From an uncultured Planctomycetia bacterium (GTDB taxonomy: Bacteria; Omnitrophota; Gorgyraeia; Tantalellales; Tantalellaceae): 64,000 bases of DNA. The notes below the pieces were generated by a model that worked only from the letters and a program-made list of their open reading frames with translations, searched no databases and was not told where the DNA came from. The stretch is taken from the NCBI GenBank assembly GCA_964572255.1, contig CAZNEE010000001.1, positions 2,223 to 66,222 on the forward strand, read 5' to 3'. Both the position numbers and the translations under genes were made by a program. Below, piece by piece: positions 39,809 to 51,203 of this stretch; position 1 is the stretch's first letter, and each line of letters starts with the position of its first letter.

Positions 39809-41392
39809 ATGTCCACTAACCGTAAACTCATAAAATCTACCGGAATAATAAGTTCCGCGACCATTGCCAGCCGTGTCCTTGGTTTTATCCGGGATATCCT
39901 GATCGCTAAATGGTTCGGGACAGGGATATTTGCCCAGGCTTTTGTAGTGGCTTTTCGTCTGCCCAATATGCTCAGGGATATGGTCGGGGAAGGGGCCACC
40001 GATGCGGCGATCGTTCCTATCTTAAGTGAATACCAGCATACACGTACGCGTGAAGAATATTGGGAAGTCGCCCGTATCATACTTAACCTTTTACTTTCAG
40101 TGCTTATAATAGTATCTGTCCTGGGAGTGGTTTTTGCGCCCGTTTTAGTAAAAGTTATTGCCCCCGGATTCTTGAAAGATCCCGAAAAGTTCAGAATAAC
40201 CGTTACTTTAACACGATGGCTTTTCCCTTACATATTATTCCTTGGCATCGTTGCCTACAGTAAAGGCGTTCTGAATTCATTTCATTATTTTACTACACCC
40301 GCTTTCGCGCCCGTTGTGCTCAATGTTACCATGATACTTTCTCTTTTAATATTATGCCCCATAATCGGGATAAGAGGCCTTGTTGCAGGCGTGCTTTCAG
40401 GAGGCATCTTTGAACTTCTTCTTCAGATGCCTCAATTAAAAAAGAAGGGGTTCACATTCGGCAGGGGATTCAAGATCTTTCATCCCATTGCTTCCAGAAT
40501 AGGAAAACTCCTTCTGCCCAGGGCTATCGGAACCGCGGTATATCAGCTTAGCGTTCTTATTGATACGATCTTGGCGTCGCTTGCATGGATAGTCGGTGGA
40601 GGCGGAGTCGCGGCGCTGTATTATTCCAACAGGCTCGTGCAGCTGCCTTTGGCGGTTTTTGGGATAGCCCTTGCTACGGCGGCCCTTCCGAGGATGAGTA
40701 AAGAAGTAGCTTCGAATAATTTGGATAAACTTAAAGAAACGGTTTCTTTTTCCCTCAGAACGATTTTTACTGTTATGATACCAGCGTCCGTAGGGCTTAT
40801 AGTCCTTGCGGAACCTATAGTGAGGATACTTTTTCAAAGAGGAGTATTTACAAGCTATTCCACATCGATAACATCGAGCGCGCTTTTCTTTTACAGTTTC
40901 GGACTTTTCGCATATGCGGGGATAAAGATATTGGTGAGCACGTATTATTCCATGGGAGACACCCGCACGCCGGTAAAGACGGCATCAATATCTTTGGCGG
41001 TAAATTTGATCTTAAACCTGATATTAATGTGGCCTTTGAAAATAGGAGGACTCGCCCTGGCTACTTCAATTGCAGCTACGACGAATTTTATCATGCTTTA
41101 TAAAAGGTTGACCGTGAAGATAGGGGATATAGATACAGAGAGGATCATCTCGTCCGTTAAAAAAATATGCCTATCCAGCGGGATCATGGCAATTTTTACG
41201 TACGTATGTTCCATTCTTTTTTTACAGCCGGATAAAGCGTACGGGATAAAGGGCATTATTTCAATATTTGCTATTGTGCTTTTGAGCGCATTAGTTTATC
41301 TTACTGCGGCATATCTTATGCGGGTTGAGGGAATAAGACGGTTATTTATAGAGGTAAACGGGCGCAGGGTATACATAAGAAAAAATGAATAA
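39809..41392 (+). CDS. murJ: Lipid II flippase MurJ (MviN)
   Basis: 'ASRVLGFIRDILIAKWFG' N-terminus, 14-TM MOP-superfamily. Confidence 0.9.
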   Translation: MSTNRKLIKSTGIISSATIASRVLGFIRDILIAKWFGTGIFAQAFVVAFRLPNMLRDMVGEGATDAAIVPILSEYQHTRTREEYWEVARIILNLLLSVLIIVSVLGVVFAPVLVKVIAPGFLKDPEKFRITVTLTRWLFPYILFLGIVAYSKGVLNSFHYFTTPAFAPVVLNVTMILSLLILCPIIGIRGLVAGVLSGGIFELLLQMPQLKKKGFTFGRGFKIFHPIASRIGKLLLPRAIGTAVYQLSVLIDTILASLAWIVGGGGVAALYYSNRLVQLPLAVFGIALATAALPRMSKEVASNNLDKLKETVSFSLRTIFTVMIPASVGLIVLAEPIVRILFQRGVFTSYSTSITSSALFFYSFGLFAYAGIKILVSTYYSMGDTRTPVKTASISLAVNLILNLILMWPLKIGGLALATSIAATTNFIMLYKRLTVKIGDIDTERIISSVKKICLSSGIMAIFTYVCSILFLQPDKAYGIKGIISIFAIVLLSALVYLTAAYLMRVEGIRRLFIEVNGRRVYIRKNE

Positions 41393-42821
41393 AAGAATGC
41401 CGGCTAAAATACATAATAAATTATCATCTAAGATCAAAAAGCTCCCCGGCACACCCGGCGTGTATATGTTCTTGAACGGGAAAGGCCGGATAATATATGT
41501 GGGCAAAGCCCGGGTGCTGAAAAAAAGAGTAATGTCTTATTTCCGTGCCGGACGGGCCGGTGACGCGAGATTGGAACTTTTAAGAGGAGAAATCCGCGAT
41601 ATAAATTTTGTAAGAGCTTCCTCGGAAGCGGAAGCTTTGATCTATGAAGCCGGGCTTATAAAGGATCATCGTCCAAAATATAATATAGAGCTTAAAGATG
41701 ATAAGTCATATCCTTTTCTTAAGTTGACAATGAATGAAGAGTATCCCAGGCTATTCATCACACGCAGAAGGGTGAATGACGGGGCGGTTTACTATGGTCC
41801 GTATACGGATGTGAAGCTGTTGAAGCAAGCGGTGTCTTTTATGAAAAAAGTATTCCCCCTTAGAACATGCAAGAAGTTCCATAAAACAGTATGTTTGGAA
41901 TATCATATTGGACAGTGTCTGGGCCCCTGCGAGGGCAAAACATCTAAACAGGAATATGGAAAAATAGTTAAACAGCTGAAAGCTTTTCTGGAGGGGAGAA
42001 AAGAGGATCTTATTGATTCGCTGAACGGCCAGATGAAGAGGCTTTCAGAAAAAAGAAAATATGAAAAAGCTTTAATAATCAAAAAACGCGTAGAAGCGCT
42101 TACCGCTGTCCAGCAGATGCATGATCGGGCTCAATATCCGATGTTCGGTGAACTTGATGAACTAAGGAACGCGCTTGGTTTAAAAAAAATCCCGGCAGTT
42201 ATAGAGTGTTTTGATATATCAAATATCGGAGGCAAGGAAGCAGTGGGATCTATGGTAAGATTTGTGGACGGCAGGCCCGATAAAGGGAATTACAGAAAAT
42301 TCAGGATAAGAACTGTCGGGAGGATTGATGATTACTCCATGATACGTGAAGTTGTAAGAAGACGATATTCGCGTCTCTTAGGAGAGCGGGAAAAACTTCC
42401 GGATCTGGTCTTAATTGATGGCGGAAAAGGCCATCTTATGGTAGCAAAAGATGAATTGGCCGCTTTAGGGGTGGAAAGAACAGCGCTCGCGAGCATAGCG
42501 AAAGAGCACGATCACTTATATACTTTAAAGCGACCGCATCCGATCCGTCTCTCACCCGGGTCCAGATTGCTGCTTTTGATCCAACGCGTCAGGGACGAAG
42601 CGCATAGGTTCGCTATAGAATTCCATAGATCTCTTAGAATGAGAGCCAAGTTTTATACCGAGCTCAGGGATATTAAAGGCATAGGGCCTGTTAAAGAAGA
42701 TCTGCTTTTGGAGAAATTTAAAAGTATCGAAAGAATAAAGAAACTGTCCCTTAAAGATCTGATCGAAGCCGGGATCGATATAAAAACATCCAAGGCTATC
42801 ATTGAATATTTTAAAAAGTAA
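41385..42821 (+). CDS. uvrC: Excinuclease ABC subunit C (short form)
   Basis: GIY-YIG 'GVYMFLNGKGRIIYVGKA', UVR domain, RNaseH-like endonuclease, C-terminal (HhH)2. Confidence 0.85.
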   Translation: MNKRMPAKIHNKLSSKIKKLPGTPGVYMFLNGKGRIIYVGKARVLKKRVMSYFRAGRAGDARLELLRGEIRDINFVRASSEAEALIYEAGLIKDHRPKYNIELKDDKSYPFLKLTMNEEYPRLFITRRRVNDGAVYYGPYTDVKLLKQAVSFMKKVFPLRTCKKFHKTVCLEYHIGQCLGPCEGKTSKQEYGKIVKQLKAFLEGRKEDLIDSLNGQMKRLSEKRKYEKALIIKKRVEALTAVQQMHDRAQYPMFGELDELRNALGLKKIPAVIECFDISNIGGKEAVGSMVRFVDGRPDKGNYRKFRIRTVGRIDDYSMIREVVRRRYSRLLGEREKLPDLVLIDGGKGHLMVAKDELAALGVERTALASIAKEHDHLYTLKRPHPIRLSPGSRLLLLIQRVRDEAHRFAIEFHRSLRMRAKFYTELRDIKGIGPVKEDLLLEKFKSIERIKKLSLKDLIEAGIDIKTSKAIIEYFKK

Positions 42822-42854
42822 GTCACAAAAAATCATGCTGACGTCGCATTTATT

Positions 42855-42934
42855 AAAAGTACAGTATATTTCCTACCAGGGCCCCTCCGCCCGGTGTGGA
42901 TCCTCCCTGTACGGAAACATACTGCACTTTTAAA
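42855..42934 (+). repeat. Copy C of dispersed GC-rich palindromic intergenic repeat
   Basis: Core identical to copy B except flanks; lies between uvrC stop and prfB RBS. Confidence 0.7.
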
Positions 42935-43006
42935 AGCAGGGTCGGCCTGTGTTCTGTGACATGCGACTTTTTATATGTTATAATGCAAAACCGGAGGTAA
43001 AACGAG

Positions 43007-44105
43007 ATGATTGAAGAGCTTATAGAGAATTTAAAGATACTTGATGCTAAGCTGGAAGAACTCAGGGGGTATCTTTGACCTTGATAAAAATCGTAAAGAA
43101 ATAACCGAGTTAGAGAGAGAGCTGAACGACCCGGACATTTGGCGCAATCAGGAAAAAGCTGATAAGCTTTCCCGTAGGCTTCGAACGGTAAGGGCTCTTG
43201 TAGGGCCTTATAACGATATCGAACAGAAGTATGAAGCTGTTAAGGAATTATCCGAAATAGTGGAAGCCGAAGATGCCGAATCCATCAATAGTTTGCTTGA
43301 TGAAATAAAAGACCTTCGAGAGGATATCGACAAACTTGAGTTTAAAAGTCTTCTTGGAGATGAAGCTGATGGATGTAATGCGATAGTAAGCATCAATTCC
43401 GGAGCGGGCGGCACCGAATCATGTGATTGGGCTTCCATGCTCTTTCGTATGTATACCAGATGGGCTGAAGCGCATGGCCATAAGTTTGAAGTATTAGATC
43501 AGCTTGCAGGGGATGAAGCCGGCATAAAAAGCGTTACCTTTATTATACAAGGCGATTTTGCTTATGGTTATTTGAAAGCAGAATCAGGAGTTCATCGTTT
43601 GGTAAGGATCTCTCCTTTTGATGCCAACAAGCGAAGGCATACATCGTTTGCTTCGGTCGATGTTATCCCGGAATTAAGCGGGGATATAAAGGTTGATATT
43701 AAAGATGCTGATCTGAGAGTGGATACGTACCGGGCTTCCGGAGCAGGCGGACAACATGTTAATGTTACGGATTCGGCCGTGCGTATAACACATCTGCCTA
43801 CCGGCATAGTCGTGCAGTGCCAGAAAGAGAGATCGCAGCATAAAAACAAAGCGGCAGCCATGAAAGTCCTTAAGGCGCGGCTTTATGAAAAAATGAAGCG
43901 TGAACAGGAAGAAAAAACTGTAAGAGCGTATGAAGATAAAAAGAAGATAGAATGGGGAAGCCAAATAAGGTCTTACGTACTGCATCCGTATAAGATGGTC
44001 AAGGACCATAGAACAGAAGTACAGACCTCAAATGCGGAAAAGATATTAGACGGTGATCTCGACAGATTTATTGAAGAATTTTTAAAAATGAAGGCTAAAA
44101 AATAA
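43007..44105 (+). CDS. prfB: Peptide chain release factor 2 with programmed +1 ribosomal frameshift (join 43007..43075, 43077..44105)
   Basis: ORF1 '[23 protein letters not shown]' ends at canonical site AGGGGG-TAT-CTT-TGA-C (43064-43079); +1 frame continues 'DLDKNRKEI...' to 'SPF', 'GQH' motifs and stop at 44105. Confidence 0.9.
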
Positions 44106-44122
44106 CCCATAAAGGGAATATC

Positions 44123-47100
44123 ATGTTTGGATTTATAGGGAATATATTAAAACGTATTTTCGGCACTCAGAACGAAAGAGAGCTGAATAAACTTTATCCA
44201 ACGGTTGATAAGATCAATGCTTTTGAAGAAGAGATCTCATCTCTTTCCGATGAAGGTTTAAAGGCCAGAGCCGCCGATATAAGAGAAAATATGCAGAAAC
44301 TGCGCAAGGAGAAAGAGGATGAAATAAACAGGGTCCGCGAACTTATGACAAGCTCTACTTCCGACCAGGAACGGATCAAGTATAAAAAACAGCTTAAAGA
44401 TATAAAGAACAGCGTATTTGAAGATAAACTTCCGGAGGTTTTTGCTTTGGTAAGAGAGGCATCAAAGAGGACCATAGGCCTCAGGCATTTTGATGTACAG
44501 CTTATAGGAGGCATTGTGCTTCATCAAGGCAAGATCGCGGAGATGACCACGGGTGAAGGCAAAACTCTGGTTGCTACACTTCCCGCAACACTTAATGCGT
44601 TTTCCGGAGAAAGTGTCCATGTGATCACGGTTAACGATTATCTCGCTAAAAGGGATTATGAATGGATGGGCCCCGTGTATAAGTTTTTGGGCTTATCTAT
44701 CGGCGTAATTCAGCACGATATGAGGCCTGATGACCGCAAAATAGCTTATAGCTCCGATGTTGTTTATGGGACAAACAATGAGTTTGGATTTGATTACCTG
44801 AGAGACAATATGGTCGCGGACAAGAATGATGTTGTCCAGAGACATCCGAGTTTTTCGATAGTTGATGAAGTTGACAGTATTCTGATCGATGAGGCAAGGA
44901 CGCCGCTTATTATTTCCGGACCCGTAGATGAGCCGAATGAAGCATATAATCGGATGCGTCCGGTCGTTCAGGAAGTTGTCGGCGCGCAAAAACGCCTTGT
45001 AAGAGATTATTTGATGAAGTTAAAAAGCGCGATTGATGAAGAAAAAGATGAAGAGGCAGGAAGATTGCTTTATCTTGTTCAAAAAGCTGACCCAAAGAAC
45101 CGTGATTTCCTGGATATGATACTGAAAGATAGACATGCTAAGACGTTATTGGATAGGGCCGAGGCGGATCTGGACAGTAAGGTCATGGAAAAGGAACGCA
45201 ATGAGCTTCTGGAGGAACTTTATTACGTTTTCGATGAGAAGACCAGAGAATCCACATTCAGCGCCAAGGGTCAGAAGATGATGAGTGACAGGTTTGGAAT
45301 AGAGTTCATGATCGAAGACATAGAGATCAAACTGGCTGAACTTGCGGATGAAGACATTCCTTTGGAAGAGAAAGTAAAACGCGAAACCGAATTGACGGCA
45401 GTTTATACAGAACAGCAGAGGAATGTAGACAGTTTAAAACAACTTTTAAAAGCGTACATATTATTCCAGAAGGATGTTGATTACGTTATAAAGGATAACA
45501 AGATCGTGATAGTTGACAGTTTTACCGGAAGAATGATGCCGGGCAGGCGCTTTTCCGAAGGTATACATGAAGCTATTGAAGCCAAAGAACGGGTGGAAGT
45601 GCAAAAAGAGAGCCAGACATTGGCCACTATAACACTTCAGAATTATTTCCGCATGTATGATAAGCTTGCCGGCATGACCGGTACTGCCAAGACAGAAGAA
45701 GTTGAATTCGAGAATATCTATATCTTGCCGGTAATTCAAATACCGACAAATCGTCCTTTAAGGCGCGAGAATATGCCGGATAGGATCTATAAAACGGAGA
45801 AGGAAAAGTTCGATGCTATTGTCAATGAGATCGGGCATTGGCACAGTAAAGGAAGGCCTCTACTTGTCGGGACCATTTCCATAGAGAAATCAGAAAGACT
45901 CAGCAAGTTTCTCACGGCAAAAGGCATAAAGCATAATGTACTCAATGCTAAGTATCATGAAAAAGAAGCTCATATTATCTCACAGGCCGGCAGGTTCGGT
46001 GCTGTCACTATAGCGACGAATATGGCCGGAAGAGGTACGGATATAATTCTTGGAGGAAATGCCGAGTTCCTGGCTAACGATGAACTTATAAAGCTGGATA
46101 TCGATGATCCTGAAGAGAAGAAACAGGCTCAGGAAAGATTCTTGAAGGAATTCAGGGAAAGGACCGATCAGGAACATGAAAAAGTTGTAGGGGAAGGCGG
46201 GTTGCATGTAATAGGTACCGAGAGGCATGAAGCAAGAAGAATAGATAACCAGCTCCGTGGTCGTTCAGGGAGACAGGGTGATCCCGGATCAAGCAGGTTT
46301 TATTTATCCCTGGAAGATGACCTTATGCGTATTTTTGGTTCAGACAGGATCAAGATGGTAATGGATAAACTCGGCATGGAAGAAGGGGAGGTCATAGAAA
46401 ATCCACTGGTAACAAGAGCTATAGGAACTGCTCAAAAGAGGGTGGAAACGCAGAACTTTGAGATCCGTAAACAGCTTCTTAAGTTCGATAACATAATGAA
46501 TCAACAGAGAGAAGTCATATATCAAAGACGCCGCATGATCTTGGAAGAAGAGAATTTAAAAAAAGAGTTTCTCGAATCATTTGCGGCAGCAGCAGAGGGG
46601 TTACTCGAAAATTGGGATGAAGAACCAGAGCCTGAAACTCTGGCGAAAAATTTATTATATCACTACGCAATAAATATAAAGCCTGATACTTTATCGGGCA
46701 TGTCGTCCCAGGAAGTGATCGAACATGTGAAGGCCGTTGCGGAGGAGAGCTATTCAATAAGAGAGAAGCTTATAGGCGAAGACAGGATCAGAGAACTTGA
46801 AAGAATGGTAATGCTTTCAGTTATCGATTCAAATTGGAAGGAGTATTTAAGGGAACTCGATGAATTGCGTGAAGGCATATCCTGGCGCGCTTATGCGCAA
46901 AAGGATCCTTTTATAGAATTCCAGCATGAAGCATTTCAGATGTTCACTGATCTTATGGTAAAAATAGATGAGCAGGTGGCGGGACATATCATGAAGATAT
47001 CCGCGCTGGAAGAACAGCAGAGAAAAGCTGTTTTCCAACCCGCAAAAGAAACTTTAGAGCATAGATCATATTCGGCTTTAGGCAAATCTTCGGTAGGGCA

Positions 47101-47269
47101 AGACGAGTTTTATGGTGAAGAGCAGCCTTCTATGGGTCCGGGAGGAGCGCCGATTCCATCCCAACCCGCGAAAGATGAAACATATAAAAGAGAAACCCCA
47201 AAAGTCGGGCGTAATGATCCCTGTCCTTGCGGCAGCGGCAAAAAGTATAAGAAATGTTGTGGTAGATGA
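44123..47269 (+). CDS. secA: Preprotein translocase ATPase SecA
   Basis: DEAD motor motifs, C-terminal zinc finger '[14 protein letters not shown]'. Confidence 0.95.
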   Translation: MFGFIGNILKRIFGTQNERELNKLYPTVDKINAFEEEISSLSDEGLKARAADIRENMQKLRKEKEDEINRVRELMTSSTSDQERIKYKKQLKDIKNSVFEDKLPEVFALVREASKRTIGLRHFDVQLIGGIVLHQGKIAEMTTGEGKTLVATLPATLNAFSGESVHVITVNDYLAKRDYEWMGPVYKFLGLSIGVIQHDMRPDDRKIAYSSDVVYGTNNEFGFDYLRDNMVADKNDVVQRHPSFSIVDEVDSILIDEARTPLIISGPVDEPNEAYNRMRPVVQEVVGAQKRLVRDYLMKLKSAIDEEKDEEAGRLLYLVQKADPKNRDFLDMILKDRHAKTLLDRAEADLDSKVMEKERNELLEELYYVFDEKTRESTFSAKGQKMMSDRFGIEFMIEDIEIKLAELADEDIPLEEKVKRETELTAVYTEQQRNVDSLKQLLKAYILFQKDVDYVIKDNKIVIVDSFTGRMMPGRRFSEGIHEAIEAKERVEVQKESQTLATITLQNYFRMYDKLAGMTGTAKTEEVEFENIYILPVIQIPTNRPLRRENMPDRIYKTEKEKFDAIVNEIGHWHSKGRPLLVGTISIEKSERLSKFLTAKGIKHNVLNAKYHEKEAHIISQAGRFGAVTIATNMAGRGTDIILGGNAEFLANDELIKLDIDDPEEKKQAQERFLKEFRERTDQEHEKVVGEGGLHVIGTERHEARRIDNQLRGRSGRQGDPGSSRFYLSLEDDLMRIFGSDRIKMVMDKLGMEEGEVIENPLVTRAIGTAQKRVETQNFEIRKQLLKFDNIMNQQREVIYQRRRMILEEENLKKEFLESFAAAAEGLLENWDEEPEPETLAKNLLYHYAINIKPDTLSGMSSQEVIEHVKAVAEESYSIREKLIGEDRIRELERMVMLSVIDSNWKEYLRELDELREGISWRAYAQKDPFIEFQHEAFQMFTDLMVKIDEQVAGHIMKISALEEQQRKAVFQPAKETLEHRSYSALGKSSVGQDEFYGEEQPSMGPGGAPIPSQPAKDETYKRETPKVGRNDPCPCGSGKKYKKCCGR

Positions 47270-48786
47270 GTAGAAGCAGAAAAAACATATTTTTAGTAAT
47301 TTTTTCAGGTATCCTCACGTTTTTAGCATTTCCGCCAGTAAAGTTAAGCTTTCTTGCATGGATCTCTCTGGTCCCGCTTTTTATAGTGATCAGGGATAAT
47401 AACAGGAAAAGTTCTTTCTGGTATTCTTACTTATCAGGGTTAGTCTTTTTCGGGTTATTAATATCGTGGCTTGTAAATGTTACCGTGCCTGGATCGATCA
47501 TTCTGGTGATTTTACTTGCTCTTTTTTACGGGTTATTCGGTCTTGCGGCAAGAATCGTGTTCAAATATTCCATGGACTTATTGATATTACCGTTTATCTG
47601 GGTGGTCCTGGAATATATTCGCAGCCATCTTCTTACGGGTTTTCCCTGGGGGCTCTTAGGATATTCACAGTATGCAAATATAAAAATTATACAAGTCGCC
47701 GATATTACCGGTGTTTATGGAATATCATTTATGCTGGTCATGTTCAATGTTGCCGTATATGCCGTTATAGTGAGATCTAAAAGAAAAATTTCCTACATGA
47801 TGAGCGCGCTGCTTTTTCTGATAGTTATCATTACATACGGCGTTTATAGACTGGATAATTTCAGCATATGGGGCAAACCGAGAATAAGTGTCATTCAGGG
47901 GAACATACCGCAGAAATTCAAATGGGATCCAGGGCACGCTAAGAATATTATAGAGAAATATGACGGGCTTACCAGGCAAGCGGCCGGCGATAAACCTGAT
48001 ATGATAGTTTGGCCTGAGACAGCGTATCCTTATCTTGTGGAAGAAGGCGCCGGTGCAGTTGAAATAGAAGAGCTTGCAAGAGATATAAATATTCCGATCC
48101 TTGCCGGGATCGTATATGAAGAAAAAGAAAATTTCTATAACAGCGCTTTCCTTTTTTCAAGCAGGGGCGCTCAAGAGAACATATACAACAAGATACATCT
48201 TGTACCGTTCGGGGAATATATACCTTTTGGGAAATACTTTTCTTTTTTAAGAGGCTACATCGATAAACCGATCGGTGATTTTACGGCTTCGGATGATTTC
48301 ACACTTTTTGTTCTAAGATCAACCGAATATTCTGAAGTACAAAAAGACGTTATAACGCACACGACTTTATTCTACAAATTCGGTGTTTTGATCTGTTTTG
48401 AGGATATCTTCCCTTATATCACGAGACGTTTTGTTTCAGAAGGCGCGAATATCATGATCAATATGACAAATGACGCATGGTTCGGCAATACCGCGGCGGC
48501 CGAGCAGCATTTGCAGGCTTCTGTTTTTAGAGCGGTAGAGAATCGGGTGCCTGTAATAAGGGCAGCCAATACGGGAGTTTCATGTTTCATTAACCCGACG
48601 GGCAAGATATTATCAAGAGTCGCTGACAATAACAAGGATATTTTTATAGAAGGATTCGCTACCGAAAACGTCCAAGTGACCAGTTTAAGATCGTTTTACA
48701 CCAAATACGGAGATGCTTTTGTGTATTTCTGCGCTTTCATGATGGTGATCTTGATCGCGACAGAATGGTTCCTGGTAAAAGAATAA
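47266..48786 (+). CDS. lnt: Apolipoprotein N-acyltransferase
   Basis: N-terminal 6-7 TM helices + CN-hydrolase domain ('VWPETA', 'ICFEDIF'). Confidence 0.85.
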   Translation: MSRSRKNIFLVIFSGILTFLAFPPVKLSFLAWISLVPLFIVIRDNNRKSSFWYSYLSGLVFFGLLISWLVNVTVPGSIILVILLALFYGLFGLAARIVFKYSMDLLILPFIWVVLEYIRSHLLTGFPWGLLGYSQYANIKIIQVADITGVYGISFMLVMFNVAVYAVIVRSKRKISYMMSALLFLIVIITYGVYRLDNFSIWGKPRISVIQGNIPQKFKWDPGHAKNIIEKYDGLTRQAAGDKPDMIVWPETAYPYLVEEGAGAVEIEELARDINIPILAGIVYEEKENFYNSAFLFSSRGAQENIYNKIHLVPFGEYIPFGKYFSFLRGYIDKPIGDFTASDDFTLFVLRSTEYSEVQKDVITHTTLFYKFGVLICFEDIFPYITRRFVSEGANIMINMTNDAWFGNTAAAEQHLQASVFRAVENRVPVIRAANTGVSCFINPTGKILSRVADNNKDIFIEGFATENVQVTSLRSFYTKYGDAFVYFCAFMMVILIATEWFLVKE

Positions 48787-48807
48787 GCAGCACATTATTT
48801 TCAAAAA

Positions 48808-50238
48808 ATGGGAAAGCTTAATCCAAAGATCAGCATAACAATAATATTGATCCTTCTGGTGATAGGGGTCGCAATATATGCAAACTCTTTTAAAAACGAA
48901 TTCTTGTTTGATGATCTGACACATGTAGTAAGGAATGCGGCGATAAGAAGTTTCGGAAATATTCCATCGGTTTTTCAGCATGAACTGACGTATTTCAGCG
49001 GTGAGGAAGGAGGGAAATTTTATAGACCCTTCGAGTCCATAACATTCATGGTCGATTATTTCCTGTGGGGGTTAGAACCCGTTGGCTATCATATTACAAA
49101 CACGCTTCTTCATGTCGCAGTGTGTATATTGCTGTTTTTTTTAATGAATTCCATTCTCAAGGATGCTGTATTATCTTCATTTATAAGTATATTGTATTTG
49201 GTCCATCCGGTTCATACGGAAGCAGTAACATATATATCCGGCAGGGCCGATTCGATTTCCACATTTTTACTCTTGTTAATGATCATCCTTCAATGCAAGT
49301 ATTGGATAAGCGACAAGAGGCAGGAAAAGATCTTGTATTATTCATCCATCATAATACTTTTCATAGCGGCTCTTTTCACCAAAGAATCAGCTTTGATCTT
49401 TCCGGTTCTTTTGATGTTTTTTGAGTATTGTTTCCGGAAAGAGAATTCCTACACAAGTCTTTTCAATAAAAGAACATATTTTTACATACCTTTTTTTATT
49501 GTTATGGGAGCTTGGTTCTTGTTTAAGAACAGTATAGTTTCAACGGAAGCAATGGTGGAAGATGTTCTTCCGTTTAACATGCGCTTGGTTCTACTGCCGA
49601 AACAGATCTTTAATTACGTAAGACTTTCGCTGTTTCCGACCGACTTACACATGGAATACAGATTTCCGTTCACTGATACTATTTTTAAGAGCGGATATTT
49701 TGAGCCTTTTATATTTACCGCAATTTTTCTTGTTATTATTTTTTATCTATGGAAAAAGGGGGAGAATGATAAAAATTTCCGTATTATGTTCTTCGGCTTG
49801 GGGTGGTTTTTGATAGCGTTATTTCCTTATTTAAGCATCGTCTTTCCCTTGAATGCCGTTTTTTCGGAACATTGGCTTTATATCCCTTTGATAGGATTTC
49901 TTCTGTCAGTGGCTTATTTTATTTACAATCAGCTTGGGAAAAATAAACTAGTCAGGCGGTATATAGTTTTTTTATTTGTAGCAGTTATCGGTCTATATTC
50001 ATATTTAACAATAAAACAAAATATGGTATGGAAAGATGCTTTTACATTTTATAGTTATACATTAAATTATGCGCCGTACAGCGGGAAGGTTTATAACGGT
50101 CTTGCCCTTGAGTACATAGAAAGGGGAGATCTTGCGAAAGCCGAAGAGTTGTTGGAAAAAGCGGTAAAAGTTGAACCCAGATATAAGACAGCAATTGATA
50201 ATTTAAAAACACTTCGCAAACAGATGGGAGAAAAATAG
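48808..50238 (+). CDS. Polytopic membrane protein with C-terminal TPR repeats (TMTC/PMT-like putative glycosyltransferase)
   Basis: 'NSFKNEFLFDD' N-terminal motif reminiscent of PMT/TMTC family, ~10 TM helices, TPR tail. Confidence 0.4.
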   Translation: MGKLNPKISITIILILLVIGVAIYANSFKNEFLFDDLTHVVRNAAIRSFGNIPSVFQHELTYFSGEEGGKFYRPFESITFMVDYFLWGLEPVGYHITNTLLHVAVCILLFFLMNSILKDAVLSSFISILYLVHPVHTEAVTYISGRADSISTFLLLLMIILQCKYWISDKRQEKILYYSSIIILFIAALFTKESALIFPVLLMFFEYCFRKENSYTSLFNKRTYFYIPFFIVMGAWFLFKNSIVSTEAMVEDVLPFNMRLVLLPKQIFNYVRLSLFPTDLHMEYRFPFTDTIFKSGYFEPFIFTAIFLVIIFYLWKKGENDKNFRIMFFGLGWFLIALFPYLSIVFPLNAVFSEHWLYIPLIGFLLSVAYFIYNQLGKNKLVRRYIVFLFVAVIGLYSYLTIKQNMVWKDAFTFYSYTLNYAPYSGKVYNGLALEYIERGDLAKAEELLEKAVKVEPRYKTAIDNLKTLRKQMGEK

Positions 50239-50239
50239 T

Positions 50240-50602
50240 ATGTCACCCTGCAGGAAATGCGAGTCAAAATGCTGCAGATATTTTGCGCTTCAGATCGATA
50301 CACCCAGAAGCAAGAACGATTTTGAGAATGTGAGATGGTATGTAGCTCATAAAGGGGTAAAAGTGTATGTAAAAAACAGCAAATGGTACCTTGATATAGC
50401 TAATAGATGCAGATATCTTGATAAAGATCACATGTGCAAAATATATGATAAAAGGCCTCTTATATGCCGTGAACATAGTCCGGAAGAATGTGAGAGAGTA
50501 GCGGGTGATTACGGTTTTAGTCATATATTCCATAACCTGAAAGAACTGGATAAATACCTCGAAAAACGCTTTCGGAAAAAGCGTTCCACCCCTAAAAGTT
50601 AA
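50240..50602 (+). CDS. YkgJ-family Cys-cluster protein (CxxCxxCC-type zinc/iron-chelating domain)
   Basis: 'CRKCESKCC' N-terminal cluster plus downstream Cys residues. Confidence 0.5.
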   Translation: MSPCRKCESKCCRYFALQIDTPRSKNDFENVRWYVAHKGVKVYVKNSKWYLDIANRCRYLDKDHMCKIYDKRPLICREHSPEECERVAGDYGFSHIFHNLKELDKYLEKRFRKKRSTPKS

Positions 50603-50618
50603 GCTATAAAATAGTTAG

Positions 50619-50647
50619 TTGACTCATTTTGAAGCTTTTGTTATAAT
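50619..50647 (+). promoter_or_regulatory. Sigma70-like promoter TTGACT-N17-TATAAT
   Basis: TTGACT 50619-50624, TATAAT 50642-50647, upstream of 50690 gene. Confidence 0.4.
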
Positions 50648-50689
50648 GTATCTACATTTCTTTTGGCTTAACAAAAAGGGGGAAGGGAA

Positions 50690-51196
50690 ATGAAAAAAAG
50701 TCTTATAGCATGTTTACCCGCGTTTATTTGGGGAATTGCGATTTTTGTCTTTACGGTTCTACCGGCCTTTTTGGCATATACTCTATTGAAAATTTTTAAA
50801 GGGCATTTTAAGAGCATACTGGTCCATTTCCTTCCGTTATATAAGGACCATTTTTCGTGCGCATTTAAACATATCGACAAAGTAGCCCATTTTTCAGAAT
50901 ATACGATCCTGGCATTTCTTGTTGTTTGCGGGTTAAATTATGTACGCGGCATAACTATCAGGGCCAATCTATCAATTACATTATTTTTTGGTATCAGCTA
51001 CGGCCTTATTACTGAACACTTACAAAAATATATTCCCAGCAGGACCGCGAGTTTTGGGGACGCTATGGCAAATGTCGCGGGAGTGTTATTTGGCATAGTT
51101 TTAGGCTATTTGGTAATAGGGGTTATAAAATTAGTAAGTGGGAAATTTCGCAATTGTAGCCGGAAGCTTTTATCTCCTCAAACTTCCAGTATTTGA
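50690..51196 (+). CDS. VanZ-like family membrane protein
   Basis: 'IDKVAHFSEYTILAFL' VanZ-like motif, 4 TM helices. Confidence 0.5.
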   Translation: MKKSLIACLPAFIWGIAIFVFTVLPAFLAYTLLKIFKGHFKSILVHFLPLYKDHFSCAFKHIDKVAHFSEYTILAFLVVCGLNYVRGITIRANLSITLFFGISYGLITEHLQKYIPSRTASFGDAMANVAGVLFGIVLGYLVIGVIKLVSGKFRNCSRKLLSPQTSSI

Positions 51197-51203
51197 TCCC
51201 AAC

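Noticed and set aside
39619-40080. 153-aa minus-strand ORF spanning repeat copy B and the 5' end of murJ
   Set aside because: Overlaps well-supported murJ in antisense and contains the GC-rich repeat read as 'PGPLRPVWILPV'. This is a repeat-derived spurious ORF.
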